This document shows, piece by piece, positions 32,334-44,600 of a DNA stretch of 64,000 bases (positions within the stretch are counted from its first letter, which is position 1; every line of letters starts with the position of its first letter). The stretch covers positions 5,704,001-5,768,000 of the forward strand of contig CAKKNE010000001.1 of NCBI GenBank assembly GCA_918797485.1, read 5' to 3'. The stretch comes from Pelagomonas calceolata (lineage: Eukaryota). Below the pieces are notes generated by a model. The model was not told where the DNA came from. It worked only from the letters and a program-made list of their open reading frames with translations, and did no database searches. Position numbers and translations under genes: made by a program.

Positions 32334-35300
32334 ATGACGCGCCGGCAGCTGTTGTGGCTGATGCTCGCGGCGGCGGCGTCGGCGGAGACAATAACCGTGC
32401 GCCTTGGGTACTTTGGGGAAGCACAGCCGTTCCAGGTCGCGTGCGCGCGCGGCTGGTTCGACACCGAAGATGGCGGCGACGATTTCCAAGTCGTCTGCCT
32501 GCCGCAGGCGAGCGGCGGCTTCGCCGTGGCGAAGCTCGACGACGGAGATTTGGATGTGGCGCTGCTCGGCTCGACGCCAGCCGCGACCGGCCTGGCGCGC
32601 GGCGTGGCCATGCATACGTTCTACGTCGCCCACATGAAGGGCACGTCGCAAGGGCTTCTGGTACGACCCGAGATTGGCTCGCCCCTGGATATGAAGGATA
32701 AAACGTTCGGCACACCATATGGCTCGACCGCGCACTACCACATGCTATACACCCGCAAGTTGTTCCCGGAATTCCATTTCGAACTCATCGACTGCAATGC
32801 GGACTGTCCGACTCTATACGCCGCCGGCAGCATCGACGGTGCCTTCGTGTGGGGCGGGGTGATGGAGAGCATGAAAGGGCTGGGCGCAACGATGCTCGCC
32901 CCCGCAAAACTACTCAGCGACTGGGAAAAGGCGACTTTCAACACGATTAGCGTCCGCGACGATTTCGCTGCGGATCATTCCGCCGTCGTCGAGCGCGTCG
33001 CTGGCGTCGTCGCCCGCCTCGACGAGGACTACCTGAATGCCGATCCGACGCGCTGGAATGTCGATGATTCGACCGGCTACCTGGACTCGATAGCGGCTGC
33101 GTACAAATTGTTGCCGGGCGACTCGGCACAGTCGTTAAAGAAAAACCGCACGGCGGCAGCGGACGCCCTGGCGCTATTTGAATTCGTCGACCCGACCGCG
33201 ATGCAAGGCTCGGACTATCTCGGAGGAGGCACCGCCGCGGCTCTGCGCGAGACCGCGGACTTCCTCTATGACATCGGCCGCATCGCTTCTGTCGCGCCAG
33301 CCGAGAGAGATGACGTCGACGCGTTGTACGTAGACACGACGACCGCCCAGTTCCTCGAGGACGGTCTGATTGCCGTGGGCGTCGACGTCCTTGGCGCTGA
33401 CGATGATCTAAACCTCGCGTCAATCCCAACAAGCGCGGACTCGACCTGCTCCGGCACGTTGGATTTGACGGCGGCGACTGGAACGTTGACCGACGGTGCC
33501 GCGACCTCGTACTCGGACAACCTCGCGTGCGAGTGGCGCATCGCATCCAGCGGCGTCGTCGAGCTAAGCTTCGACGCGTTCCGGGTCTGGGCGGGGGATT
33601 TCGTCGAAGTATACGACGCCAGCAACGACCTCGTCGCGAAGCTCCACGGCTTCGACCCCACCTTGCCGCCGCTGCGTACAAACGGCGAGATGCGGGTGAA
33701 ATTCACTACGGACGGTGTTACGGAGCGCGCGTTAAACGAGTTGACTGACGGCTGGAGCGCTTCCTACGACGCGGCAGCTTTGGCATGTGCCGCCGACCAC
33801 TCGACCTGCGGCAATGGAAAGTGTGACACCGTCTCGGGCTTGTGCATCTGCGACGCGGGATACGGCGGCGCCGACTGCTCTCTCGCATCCTGCCTCGGCA
33901 CGATGACGTCGAGCTCACAGTCGGGCGAATTCCGCTCGTCGCCGACGGCGCCCGACAGCACCGCTCCGTACCCGAACGGGGCCGAGTGCCACTTTGTCGC
34001 AGAAGTCGAGACCAATTACGTCTCATTCACCATCACGTACGATGTGGAGCCGACCTTTGACTTCGTCACGGTGAAGAGCGGCGACAAGATCTGGGCGCAC
34101 CTCTCCGGCGAAGACACGGCCACGATCCTGGTGCCGACGACGGACGGCAAGGCCGAGCTAGTATTTGAATCAGATGATAAGGGACGGCGCGGCGGGTTTC
34201 GTGCGACCTACGTGGGGACTGACAACGGCTGCGGCGAAGACGGCCTCTGCGGTGGCCACGGGACGTGCGAAGGCGGAACCTGCGTCTGCTCCGACGGCTA
34301 CGGCGGGCTCTCCTGTACCGTGCCGCACTGCCTTCATCAGGCGCTGACTCTCGCGGATGGCGCGAAGATGATCTCCCAGGCGCCCGGCGAGCCATTGCCC
34401 CCGGAGGCGGAGTGCGCTTGGTCATTTGAGGCCAACGCGGGCGAAACTATCCGCGTTGTCGTGGAGACACTAAACCTCGAGGCGTACGATGGTTTAAAAG
34501 GCGACCGTGTACTCATTCGAACCGCCGGAAACGATACTAACGTACAAATCCAAGCCGAGGCGACCTACGAAATATCGAGTTCCAGCGTCAGCCTTACCCT
34601 CGAAACAGACAAGAACGACGCCGGCGCGACGTACGACGGCTTCTCGGCGACCGCATACTCCGTCGCGGCGTGTCCCGTTGCTGACGGGGACTGCGAGGAC
34701 GAGGGCTTCACGTGCGAGGACGGCTACTGCTACGACCTGAGCGGCGGTTCGAAGCGCGCGAGCGGCTGCACGTGCGCGGGGTGCGACGTGGGATCCTACC
34801 TCGACGACGCGACCGGCGGCTGCGAGGCCTGTCCCGCCGGAACGTACCAGCCCCAGGCCAAGAACACGGTCGGCGTGAGCTCGTGCATCGCGTGCTCGGC
34901 GGGCATGGACGCGCCCGAGCCGGGCTCGGCGCTGTGCTGCTCGGAGGATTACGTTCTCGTAGGTCAGAAGTGCGCGAAGTGCGGCACGGACGACGGGGAC
35001 TACAAGCTCACCGGCACGAAGTGCGATACGCCGGAGACGCGCACGGTGGCGACGCTCGAGATCGAGAAGGGCTTCTTCCGCTTCAGCCCCGAGGCGACGG
35101 TCGTCTACCCGTGCCCGGAGAAGGACGACGCCTGCGGGGGGTGGGACCCCTCGAAACTCGTCGACTCCGAGGACGAGTACTACGGCGACCGCTTCTGCCG
35201 CGACAACGCAGAAGGGCCGCTCTGCTTACATTGCAAGAAGGGCTCCTTCCGCTCGAAGGGCGACAAATCCGAGTGCAAAAGCTGCGACAGTCACGGACAA

Positions 35301-38275
35301 CTCGCGCTCCAGCTCGTCGCGACCGTCGTCCTCATCGCCGCGTGGTTCGCCGTGCTTTTCGGCGTCAAGGCCCTGCGGACGCGCTTCCACCGCGACTGGT
35401 TCGAAGCCGTGGCGATCCAGTTCGTGTTCTTCTTCGTGACGATGAGCCGCTTTGTTGGGATTCACCAGATCACGCTGCCGGACCCGCTCTTTAAGTACAT
35501 GTGGGCGCTCGATTTTATTTCCCTGGACCTAACATCAATCCAAAGTGTCCTGAGGTGCGGCTCCAAGGTCACGTACTTTGACTTCTTGTTGTTCTGGACC
35601 CTGCTCGCGCCGGCGCTGGTCGTAGTCGTGGTGGTGTTCGCGATCCTCCGGGGCCTCGTGACGGTGTACGTGCGCGGGCCGGGGGTGGAGGAGGCGGGGG
35701 CGCCGCCCGACCCGGCCACCGACAGCCGCCGCGGCGAGGCGCGCTTCGTGTCGGACCGCGAACTCGAGGACGAGGAGCAGCTGCCGCAAGTCCAGCGCCT
35801 CGCGCTGAGCGTCCAGCGCGACCTCGACGCGGGGCTCATGGTCGTCTTCGCCGTGCTCACGATGTTCCACAGTGGCATCTGCAGCACCATCTTCAACACC
35901 TTCAACTGCTCTATCAACTACAAGATCGCCGACGGTCAAGGCAGCAGCGGCCTCCGATATCTCGCGGCGGATTATACTATTAGCTGCAGTACGAAGTACG
36001 TAAAGCGGCCGCGCGCGCCGGTGGAGTACGACGCCTACTACGACGCGGACTCGGCCGCCGAGCACGCGTTCTACGAGACGTACGCCACCGTCGCCCTCGT
36101 CGTGTACGCGATCGGCGTGCCGCTGACCTACGTCGCCTGGATGCTGCGCGCGCGGCGCCTCGCGCGCGACGAGCAGCGTCCCGTGGACGACGGCGCGCTC
36201 GCGTTCCTGACGCGCTCCGTGAAGCCCGAATTCTGGTGGTTCGAGGTCGCGGCGCTCGTCGCGCGCAGCCTCGTGACGGGCATGTTCCTCTTCGTGAGCC
36301 CGGGCGTCTCGCTGATCATGTCCTTTTTCGTCATCGTCGTGCACCGCACGCTAGTCTTGCAGTTCCGGCCCTACGCCTCGACGGGTCTCCAGCTCGTCGT
36401 CGAGGCGCTGATGCGGGCGACGTTCTCGATCGCGCTCGTGGCCGTGGCCGTCTACGGCAGCGACCCCATCCTAGACAGCACGACGGCTTCTGTCGTGGCA
36501 ATCCTCGTGTTTGCCCTCAACTTGAGTGTCCTGCCCTTCGCCTACCGGGCGTGGCGGACGGAGTCGTACCGGTCCGTCGCGCGGCGCCTGCGGCGGCGCG
36601 AGCCCGTCGACATCGACGAGGTCGAGGCGCTGCTCGGGGGCGCGCACAAGCAGGACATCGCCGAGGTCGTGCGCAAGTGCGGGCGGCACGCGCTGCGCCA
36701 GGCGTTTGATGGACACCTCGACGACAAGGACTGGGACTACTTCACGCACACAATTTTAAAGCTCGAGGGCGTCTGGACCGAGGACGTCGCCGCCGCGGAC
36801 GTGCTCCAGTGGCACGTCAAGGCGATCCTGTACCGAGCGAAGGCCTACGTCCGCAGCCACCTTCAACTCAAGTTGAACGCGCGCGAGGTCGACGCGTCCG
36901 TCGACGTCGTCGCCGGCCCGCTGCGCAAGAGTTTAGTCGGAGGCGCCTCGCCGGTCGCCGCATATCAAAAGCTCGGCCGGCCGGCCGGCGCGAAGGCGCT
37001 CGAGCAGGTCTACGCCCTGGCGCTGCGGCCCTACTTCTTCCTGGAGCACGAGGAGGGCGCGGTCGTCGGGGGTTTGGTTCGGACGATGTCGGTTCTTGGT
37101 TTAATGCAGGGCGGGCATACCAACTCGAGCCTCCTGGCGAGCATGAGCCGCTCGCAGCTCTCGGCGCGGTCGCTGCTGCGCAACTCCGGCAGCCACTCTT
37201 CTCCCGTTGCGGCCGAGAGCAAGGACGAGAGCCCGTCGAAGGTGGCCGAGCGCTTCAAGCACGCCGCGAAGAAGATTTCCGCGGTAAGTAGAGTTGCGGC
37301 GAAAGAGCGGCCGCGGCACCTCCCGCGGTTCCTGGACTTGGCCCTGGTGGCCCACGACCTCAATCAACGCGCGCAAGCGCGCATCGCGACGGCCGCGCGC
37401 GACATCATGGAGGAAGAAGAGGGCGGCGCGACGTTGGCCAAGCTCGCGTCCTTCGACCTCGGGGACCACCACCAGCCCGCGCTGCGGAGCAAGAGCCTCC
37501 ACGCCTTCAAGGAGGAGGTCGGCGGCGCGGCGCTCGAGGTTGAGTTGGATGCGGCCGTTTGCGTCGAGACGTTGCACGCGCTGGCGACGGCGGCCTTCCC
37601 CGCCTTTCGAGCTGCGCTCGAGAAGCTGTTTCCCCCAGACACGGAGGGCGTCGAATTGGAATGTGACGCGGACTTCGCCGTCAAAGCCCCGGCGCGCATG
37701 CGGGCCAAGGTGGACGAGTATAGAAGAGAAAACGAGACGGTGTGGCCGCGCGCGAAGCGGCTCAGCGACTGCCTCCGCGCGTCCCGGACCGTGTGGAAAT
37801 CAAATTTCGGGCGCCCCACGCCGTCGACGCGATAAGCTAACTCACCGGTTGATTCCCACACAGGTCGGTCGTCACGGCCGACGCGGCGCGCACGGTCGCC
37901 GCCTACGAGGCGCTCTCGGACAGCGGCGCGTTCACGGTCGTTCGCCTGAAGAACAAATTGGCCGAACACGCCAAGCCGTACTGTATGCATGTCAATTTGA
38001 AATTTCAGGCGCCGGGCCTGGCTGCGATGACGGTCGAGGTCCAGATCGTCCCGAAGGCCATCTACAGCGACCAGAAGACGTCGCACAGACTGTACACGGT
38101 CGCGCGCGCCAACAGCTACGCCGCGTACCGGGGCCTGGCCGAGGAGGACAGCGACGACGACGACGACGACGACGCGGACGTCGCGGGCGACGAGGAGGAT
38201 CTGGGGGTTCTGACGCCTACCGACGCGCGGTCGCCCGCCGAGGTGCCGGTCTGGAAGTTCTGGGCGCGCGAGTAA
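32334..38275 (+). CDS. Receptor-like protein: signal peptide, TauA-like solute-binding domain, 3 CUB/2 EGF, Cys-rich repeats, multi-pass TM region, RelA/SpoT-like nucleotidyltransferase (intron 37781-37863; ~1952 aa)
   Basis: TauA-like LGSTP, TPYGSTAHY, GSIDGAFVW and ALRETADFL. CUB YSDNLACEWRI, YPNGAEC and GFRATY. EGF CICDAGYGGADC. TM motifs YLAADY, VYAIGVP and WWFE. C-terminal VKxxxRxxxK, SDCLRA, RLKN, HVN and EVQI. Confidence 0.88.
37789..37863 (+). mobile_element. Introner element 5 (intron 37781-37863, GT-AG)
   Basis: TIRs ccgtgtggaaatcaa...ttgattcccacacag. Internal sequence similar to element 2, TSD decayed. Splicing joins SDCLRA-SVVTADA in frame with the 37958-38275 ORF. Confidence 0.88.
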
Positions 38276-38281
38276 TATAAC

Positions 38282-39004
38282 TTAAAGGATTAGGCCCCCG
38301 ACGCCGCCCGTGAGGACCTTGAGCAGCTCCACCTCGAAGCAGATCGTCGCGCCGCCCGGGATGTTCGGCGGCGAGCCGCCGTCGCCGTAGGCGATGTCGG
38401 CCGGGATCGTGAGCTTCGCCGTGCCGCCCTCCTGCATGAGCTGTAAAGCTTCCTGCCAGCCCTTGATGACCTGCTTGACGGCGAACTGCGCCGGTTCTCC
38501 TCGCGCCCTTGACGAATCGAACACGGTGCCATCAATAAGGGTACCCACGTAGTGCACGGACACCGTCGAGGCCGCCGTCGGGAACGGGCCGACGCCCTCC
38601 TTGACGTGCTCAATCACCAAACCGGACTTGGTCTGCTCCGCGCCCTCGACGGCCGCGGCCGCGGCCACGGCCTCGGCGCCTCTGGCTTTCTCATCATCAA
38701 TAGCCGACGCCATGCGCTGTTGAATTAACTGGTTGATGGCGTTGCCCTGCTCGACGAGGACCGGCTTCGGGTCCACGACCTCCTTACTCAAGTAGGCGGT
38801 GATGCCCTCCACAATTTTGGGGATCTCCTCCTTCTTGAAGAGCGTTCGTATGTCGTTCAGTTGCGTCGCGACGTTGACGCCCAGCGCGAAGAGCGTCTTG
38901 TCGTCCGGCGCGTCGCCCGCGCGCAGTGCGAGGGCTCTCTGCGCAATGGTTTTGGGTGCCGTGAAGGCTCTCACGCATGACAGGAACGCCAGCGAGCGCA
39001 TCAT
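38282..39004 (-). CDS. FKBP-type peptidyl-prolyl isomerase (FkpA/Mip-like N-domain), probably plastid-targeted
   Basis: VHYVGTLIDGTVFDSS, VIKGWQEAL, AYG and IPGGATICFEVELL; N-terminal FALG domain; signal peptide ending VRA-F. Confidence 0.92.
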   Translation of the reverse strand: MMRSLAFLSCVRAFTAPKTIAQRALALRAGDAPDDKTLFALGVNVATQLNDIRTLFKKEEIPKIVEGITAYLSKEVVDPKPVLVEQGNAINQLIQQRMASAIDDEKARGAEAVAAAAAVEGAEQTKSGLVIEHVKEGVGPFPTAASTVSVHYVGTLIDGTVFDSSRARGEPAQFAVKQVIKGWQEALQLMQEGGTAKLTIPADIAYGDGGSPPNIPGGATICFEVELLKVLTGGVGGLIL

Positions 39005-39374
39005 GATGTCTCTCACTTGTCTGTGTGATGTCTTTTGTGGTGTATTTAATGCAGCGTAAATCACTGTATGGATGCAACTGCGTCGGATCCGTGCCGTTTG
39101 CAACAGCTGGCGTGCAGTGGCGTATTTATGTGGCTAAACACGTGCAATTGCGGAACGCCTCGCTCTCACTGCAGTTCAGCTCCAGCTGGCAGCGCGACTC
39201 TTGATCGCCTCAGCCCCAGGCGGATTCGTCGCCGATCCCTGCCATCGGGCGGGAGCGCTCTTTTTCATTTGCGTGCGGGTCGTCAGCCTCTGGACTCATT
39301 CCAAAAACCAAGCCATCATCGAGAAGCCCTAGACCAGAAGCAGTGCGACGACTGCACCCAGAACAAGCCACACA

Positions 39375-41363
39375 ATGGCAGGCATGCTAAGGGCCCGCCG
39401 CCTCGACGGCTACGACGACGACGCCACGGTCGACGGGGCAGCCCTGCTTCATGATGAGAGTGAGAAACCATTGCTGACGTCCATGATGCATCTGGGAAGA
39501 TGGCCGCTCGAGGTCGCGCCGACGGTCTGCGTCCAGCTCTTCGACAAACGGAGGATAAGGTGCTGGCGCGCGGATTCTGTGGAGGGCCTCGCGCCGCGGC
39601 CCGACGGTGAGATAGAAGCGGACGGCGTGATCACGGCCACAAAAATCGAGAAGTCTCGGGTGGACCGCGCCTACTCCGTCTCGGACGTGACATTAACGGT
39701 GGCTGGCGCGGCGCAGCCGTTGAAGCTCTGGCTGCCGCGGCGCGCGTGTTTAAGACGGCGCTGGGAGGCATTACTAAGGAACGACATCTTTTCGCGCTCC
39801 AAGAAGCGCCTGGCGACCGAAGCGCGCGTCGCTGCCGCCGCGGAAGCCTTCGCCACGGGCGGGCCGCCTCCCGGCCACACGCGCCACCGCGACGCGGAGA
39901 GCGGCCGCGAATATGATGTTGATGAAACGGGTGCGACGACCTGGGTCGCCGGTGAAGTGGCCGCGACGCAACCGCCGTCATCGAACGCGTTGGCCCTGGC
40001 CTGGCTCCTGCAACGAGCGTTGGGCGACGAGGTCGACGCCGTCTTTTCGGGTGAGGGCGACGCGCCGGTGCTGCGGGGCGCGCTGGCCGAGATGAAGCGG
40101 TGCCCCCTCGTCCCCGAGGAGGCCGTCGACGCGGGCCTGCAGGAAATCCCGAAGCTGCTGAAGAAGGCCGAGGCCGTGGCCGGGAGTTCCAATGAAGAGG
40201 ACGGCGCGCGGCACCACCTCGTGCAGTTCGTCGCGCGGCCCGTGTTTTATCTGGCGACGCGCGAGGCCGTGGGCGACGACGCGTCGTTGGAAGCGGCGCT
40301 GCGCAAGGCTTGTGGTTCGGCCGCGGACGCGTTATCGAAGGGGAAATTCACAGCTTTAGAAGTGCTGCGGTCCGGCTCGAACGTCGACGAGCTGCCCGAG
40401 GAACTAAGGCATGTGATCGCGGCGGCGCGGCCTTTGTTACTGCGGAGGGTGGGAAGGACCCTCACGCCGCGGACGGACGCCCTGCGCAATTCCCAGAAAG
40501 CGTACGACGCCGTGCCGCGGCACACGCTCGCGACGGCGTTGCGCGCGGGCGTCGTGCCCAACTCGTCGAGCTTCGTGGGCGGGCTGGCGGAGCTCATGGC
40601 GCGGCGGAAACTCACGCGGGGCGGCTCGGAGACGGTCGCGCAGGCTTTGGCGCGCGCGCGGCTCGGGCTGGATAGCTTGCCGGACGACCTCAGGGACACG
40701 CCCGAAAACGAGCTGGGCGACGACCACGCGGCGCAGGTCGAGTTGTACCGAAGACGCGCCGAGGCTTTGGTTGAGGCGTATGGGGACGACGCTTACGCGG
40801 ACTTTGTCTGCAACACGTACCCGGCGCTCTTCGAGCCGCTCGCGTCCATCATCACGGCGTCAGAAGTGAAAGCGGCGGATGCGCTGGACGAGCTTTTTGG
40901 AGCGTGGGGCGACGCGCTGGCCGCGGCCGAGGATCCGATGGTGACGGATAGCGATCGGGCCTTTGTGTGGGACGACTCGGTCGGTACAATACTGGATGCG
41001 CTCGTCGCGGTGGCGCACCGGGCGGCCGAGGCCGACGTGGACACGTGGCGCGCGCTCGGGAATTGGTTGGAGCGGTTCGTGGACCGGCTCCGGCTGGACC
41101 TGGCCGTGGACTTGGAGAACGTGGCCGAGGACACGGCCAAGCTCGCCGCCGCGCACGCGTCGTCGGCGGGGGACTTCGCCGCGCTGGCGGCCTGCGACTG
41201 TCCCGCGCTCGAGGCCGCGCTGCCGGGCTTCGTCGAGGCGCTGCGGCGCGAGTGGGCGGCGCGGGAGCCGTCGGCGGCGCCGCGCGTCGTGGCGGCGCCG
41301 GCGGAGGCGCCCGACAAGCCCTCGAATTTCTTTTCGGGGTTGTTCTCGCGGGGGAAGGGTTAG
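39375..41363 (+). CDS. Hypothetical protein (possible PH-like N-terminus, WW-like motif, helical C-terminus)
   Basis: 662-aa ORF with coding-like composition; PPPG...DAESGREY...TGATTW is WW-like. Confidence 0.7.
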   Translation: MAGMLRARRLDGYDDDATVDGAALLHDESEKPLLTSMMHLGRWPLEVAPTVCVQLFDKRRIRCWRADSVEGLAPRPDGEIEADGVITATKIEKSRVDRAYSVSDVTLTVAGAAQPLKLWLPRRACLRRRWEALLRNDIFSRSKKRLATEARVAAAAEAFATGGPPPGHTRHRDAESGREYDVDETGATTWVAGEVAATQPPSSNALALAWLLQRALGDEVDAVFSGEGDAPVLRGALAEMKRCPLVPEEAVDAGLQEIPKLLKKAEAVAGSSNEEDGARHHLVQFVARPVFYLATREAVGDDASLEAALRKACGSAADALSKGKFTALEVLRSGSNVDELPEELRHVIAAARPLLLRRVGRTLTPRTDALRNSQKAYDAVPRHTLATALRAGVVPNSSSFVGGLAELMARRKLTRGGSETVAQALARARLGLDSLPDDLRDTPENELGDDHAAQVELYRRRAEALVEAYGDDAYADFVCNTYPALFEPLASIITASEVKAADALDELFGAWGDALAAAEDPMVTDSDRAFVWDDSVGTILDALVAVAHRAAEADVDTWRALGNWLERFVDRLRLDLAVDLENVAEDTAKLAAAHASSAGDFAALAACDCPALEAALPGFVEALRREWAAREPSAAPRVVAAPAEAPDKPSNFFSGLFSRGKG

Positions 41364-41696
41364 TATTCACTTCTTGTATTTATTCATTTTTGCTTTCCGC
41401 GGATTTTTGTAATCCTAGTATGTCGATAGGCTTAGCTGATTATTGACACAAATCAAAGTGCGGCACCGGGAACGATTCAAGCACCGCATATCTCGCGGTA
41501 CTCACCGAGCCGTCGTGTCTCGCAGTGGTCGAAGGCCAGTCCGAGCTGCAGCGCAGCCGAGCGTCGCCGCGCCGGGCCCCCGCTGCGCTCTTGGCAGCGT
41601 TTGACCCAGGAGGCTCGTACGCAGCGTTTTGACCGCGCCGCCGGCCGTCGAGCCGCAGGACTGCTCCCCGCAGCCACCGAGTGAACACAAGAAAAG

Positions 41697-44600
41697 ATGA
41701 GCGACTCCGACGACGACGTCGTCTTCATTCCGAACCCGACGGGCAAGGCGCAGCTCCCGCACGCGCGCTGCGCCTGCGAGACGCATATTTTTGTCGCGCC
41801 GCCGGGTGGACAGCTGAGACATCAGGGCACAGCGAAGAACAAGGAGAAGTGCGCCACCTGCTTCTGCTACGTCTGCGACAAGCCGGCGAAAGAGTGTACG
41901 AGCTGGGCCGTTCACTGCGACGCCACGGACAAGGGCCCAAACGCCGCCTACTGGAAGATCCGGCGCAACGAGGTGAAGCGGGGCGGCGCGCCGGCGCCGC
42001 CGAAACAACAAACGCTCGCGCCGCCGAGGCCGCCCTCGTCGTCGTCCTACCAGCCGGACTTCATCCCCGCGAAGCGCTACACGGGCATGCGGCCGGGCTA
42101 CCAGTTCAAGAACTCTTACCGGGGCATGGGCTACTACAAGTCCGCCAGCGCGCCCGCCGCGCGGCCCGCGGCGACGCCGTCGCTCTCTGCCGAGAGGAAG
42201 GCCATGCGCGACGGCCTCGCGGCCTTCGCCGCCGACAACAGCGCGAGGGAGCTCTACGCCGTGACCCGCGACGCGTCTTACCCGTCGAGCGCGATTGGCA
42301 ACGCCCGCTACCTGACCAACGGCGCCTCCGACAGCGCGCTCGACGAGCTGCTCTCCGAGGCCCGCAAGAACGCGACCCTCAAGGCCGCGCGCGTGTCACG
42401 CGCCGGCGGGACGCTCACCAGCCACGGTGTAATTGTGTGGAAGCCGGCATCGACGGCGTCGGGGCGCAGGGTCTACAAGCTCGGCAAGCCGTATAGCCAG
42501 TGGGCCATCCAGGACTTTACCCTGTATTCCGACAAGGGGCCGAAGCTGCCCGTGCCGCCGACGTCGACGGGGCGCCGGGGCAAGGCCTGGCCCACGAAGG
42601 CCCCGCCGGCCCACGTCACGTATCGCTCGACGTACTGCGAGTGCTGCGGCTTTAGTTACCAGGGCCCGCAGTGGGAATGGGACCGCACGAGCCACGCCAA
42701 GGTCTTCGCGTGCGACGTCTGCGGGAGCGCGATGCGCGGGCCCGTGGTCGAGAGCTACGCGGGCAAGGTCGTCGAGGGTCCTGCGGCGGGCAAGGCCGTC
42801 CTCGAGCGCGCGGCCCAAAGTTGCGAGCTGACGCGCTCCTCCCACAAGTCGGACGCCATGTATGTGGTCGCCGAGGCCGAGGGCGAGTACGAGGTCCAAG
42901 GTCTCGGCCGAGGCACGACGGCCGCGGTTCGCGAGAACCGCACCGCGAACTTCGACGCCGCGACGCTCGACCGCTTTAAGGCTAGGAGCGAGCGGATCAT
43001 CTACGAGCAGTGTCTCGGCGACGCAGTCGCCGAGAGCAATCGCGGCGTCACGCTCCAGCAGGCCGGCAACCACCACTCGCAGACGCCGTACTTCTCGAAA
43101 CCTCCTGAGGTCAACGGCGAAAAGGCAAAGATCGTAAAACTACTGGAACACGCGCGCTTCAAGCGGAGCGACGTGGGCATCTGCCTGCTCGAGACGGCGT
43201 TCGTGCCCTCTTCAGGTACTGAAAAGGCGAAAGTCCGAGTCAGCGCCAAGCTCGCCCTCACCTCTGTCATTTTCCGCCCCATGGAGCAGCGCAGTGGCGG
43301 AAGGTACAGAGGTGGCCACTACGAGGACGTGCACGGGCGGCAGAACCTCGCCCGGCATCTGCTGGATAGGTGCGGCTTGGAGAGTGACCCGTACGAGGAG
43401 GCGAATTCTAGACGTAGACGAAGCGCACCGCCGGACGCCGCTTTGACAGCGCGGCAGAAGGCCATCTCGAAGCGCCACTTGAAGGCACCGGGTGCTCGCA
43501 CCGGAAGTGCCATGCTCGCGTCGAGCGCCGGCGCTAATTCAGGTGGCTGGGCCGACACCGACACGTCGCTGCAGGCCATGCTCGAAGGCGTCTGGAACGA
43601 AGCTAGACGCTTAAACTCTGGAGGAAGAGCGTCTGGGTTGCAAGGCGCGATCACTCATTTAGAAAACGTGTGCCACGCCGAGGTCACGCAAAAAATACCC
43701 CAGCTCGAAGTCACGTTGAGGGATTACCAGCGCCAGAGCGTCCAGTTCTGCCTGGACCAGGAAGCGCTGGAAGGTGGCATCGAGTCGCATTTGTTCGCGG
43801 AAGTACCTGGGACGTACGGACCCCCTGATACATTAACAAGAAAGAAGTTGTGGTACTCTCCATTTTTACAGACCTTTTCCGAAAAAGCCCCGGACGGGCC
43901 GAAAGGTGGCATCCTCGCCGAGGAGATGGGTCTGGGCAAAACAATTATTTCTCTGGCTTTGGTGCTGCTGAATCCCGCATTGCCTACCTCAACGTGGGGC
44001 CCGCCGGCGGGCTCCCTGCCGGGCCAGGGCGCGATCAAGACGCGAGCGACCTTGGTCGTGTGCCCCGTGTCTCTCGTGAGCCAGTGGTGCTGACTCCGCG
44101 TCTGTTCCGAACTTTTCCGCATTTCAAGTCGCATCGACGGCGTCGACGTGATGCCGCACCGCCTCGACGCCCTCGACGCGGCCGCATGAGAGTCTGCGCG
44201 CCTCGTGAATGTACAGAGGCAGTTTCGCGACGGTGTCCGTTGCGCACAGGTACGACGAGGCCATGGACAAGACGCGACCGGGTACCTTAAAGGTCTACCA
44301 GTACTACGGCGGCAAGCGCACGACCGACCCGTCCATACTGAAGGATAATGATATTGTCATCACGACCTACCAAGTTTTAGTGAGTGACATGAACGCGCGG
44401 AGCGGCTTCGCGAAGGCGGAGATCGCGAGGAAGGGTCGCGCGAACTACGTGCCGCCTCTGGCCAAGCTAGGCTTCTGGCGCATTATACTAGACGAGTCGC
44501 ACGTCATCAAGGAGGAGAATACGGCCATGGCGAAGGCCGTGCGGATGCTGTCGGCGCACCGAAGGTGGTGCGTCTCGGGGACACCAGCACCATTGTCCTT

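Noticed and set aside
32385..33360. Bacterial contaminant or tauABC operon
   Set aside because: The TauA-like domain is continuous in frame with CUB/EGF domains, the gene has a spliceosomal intron, and no ABC permease or ATPase is adjacent.
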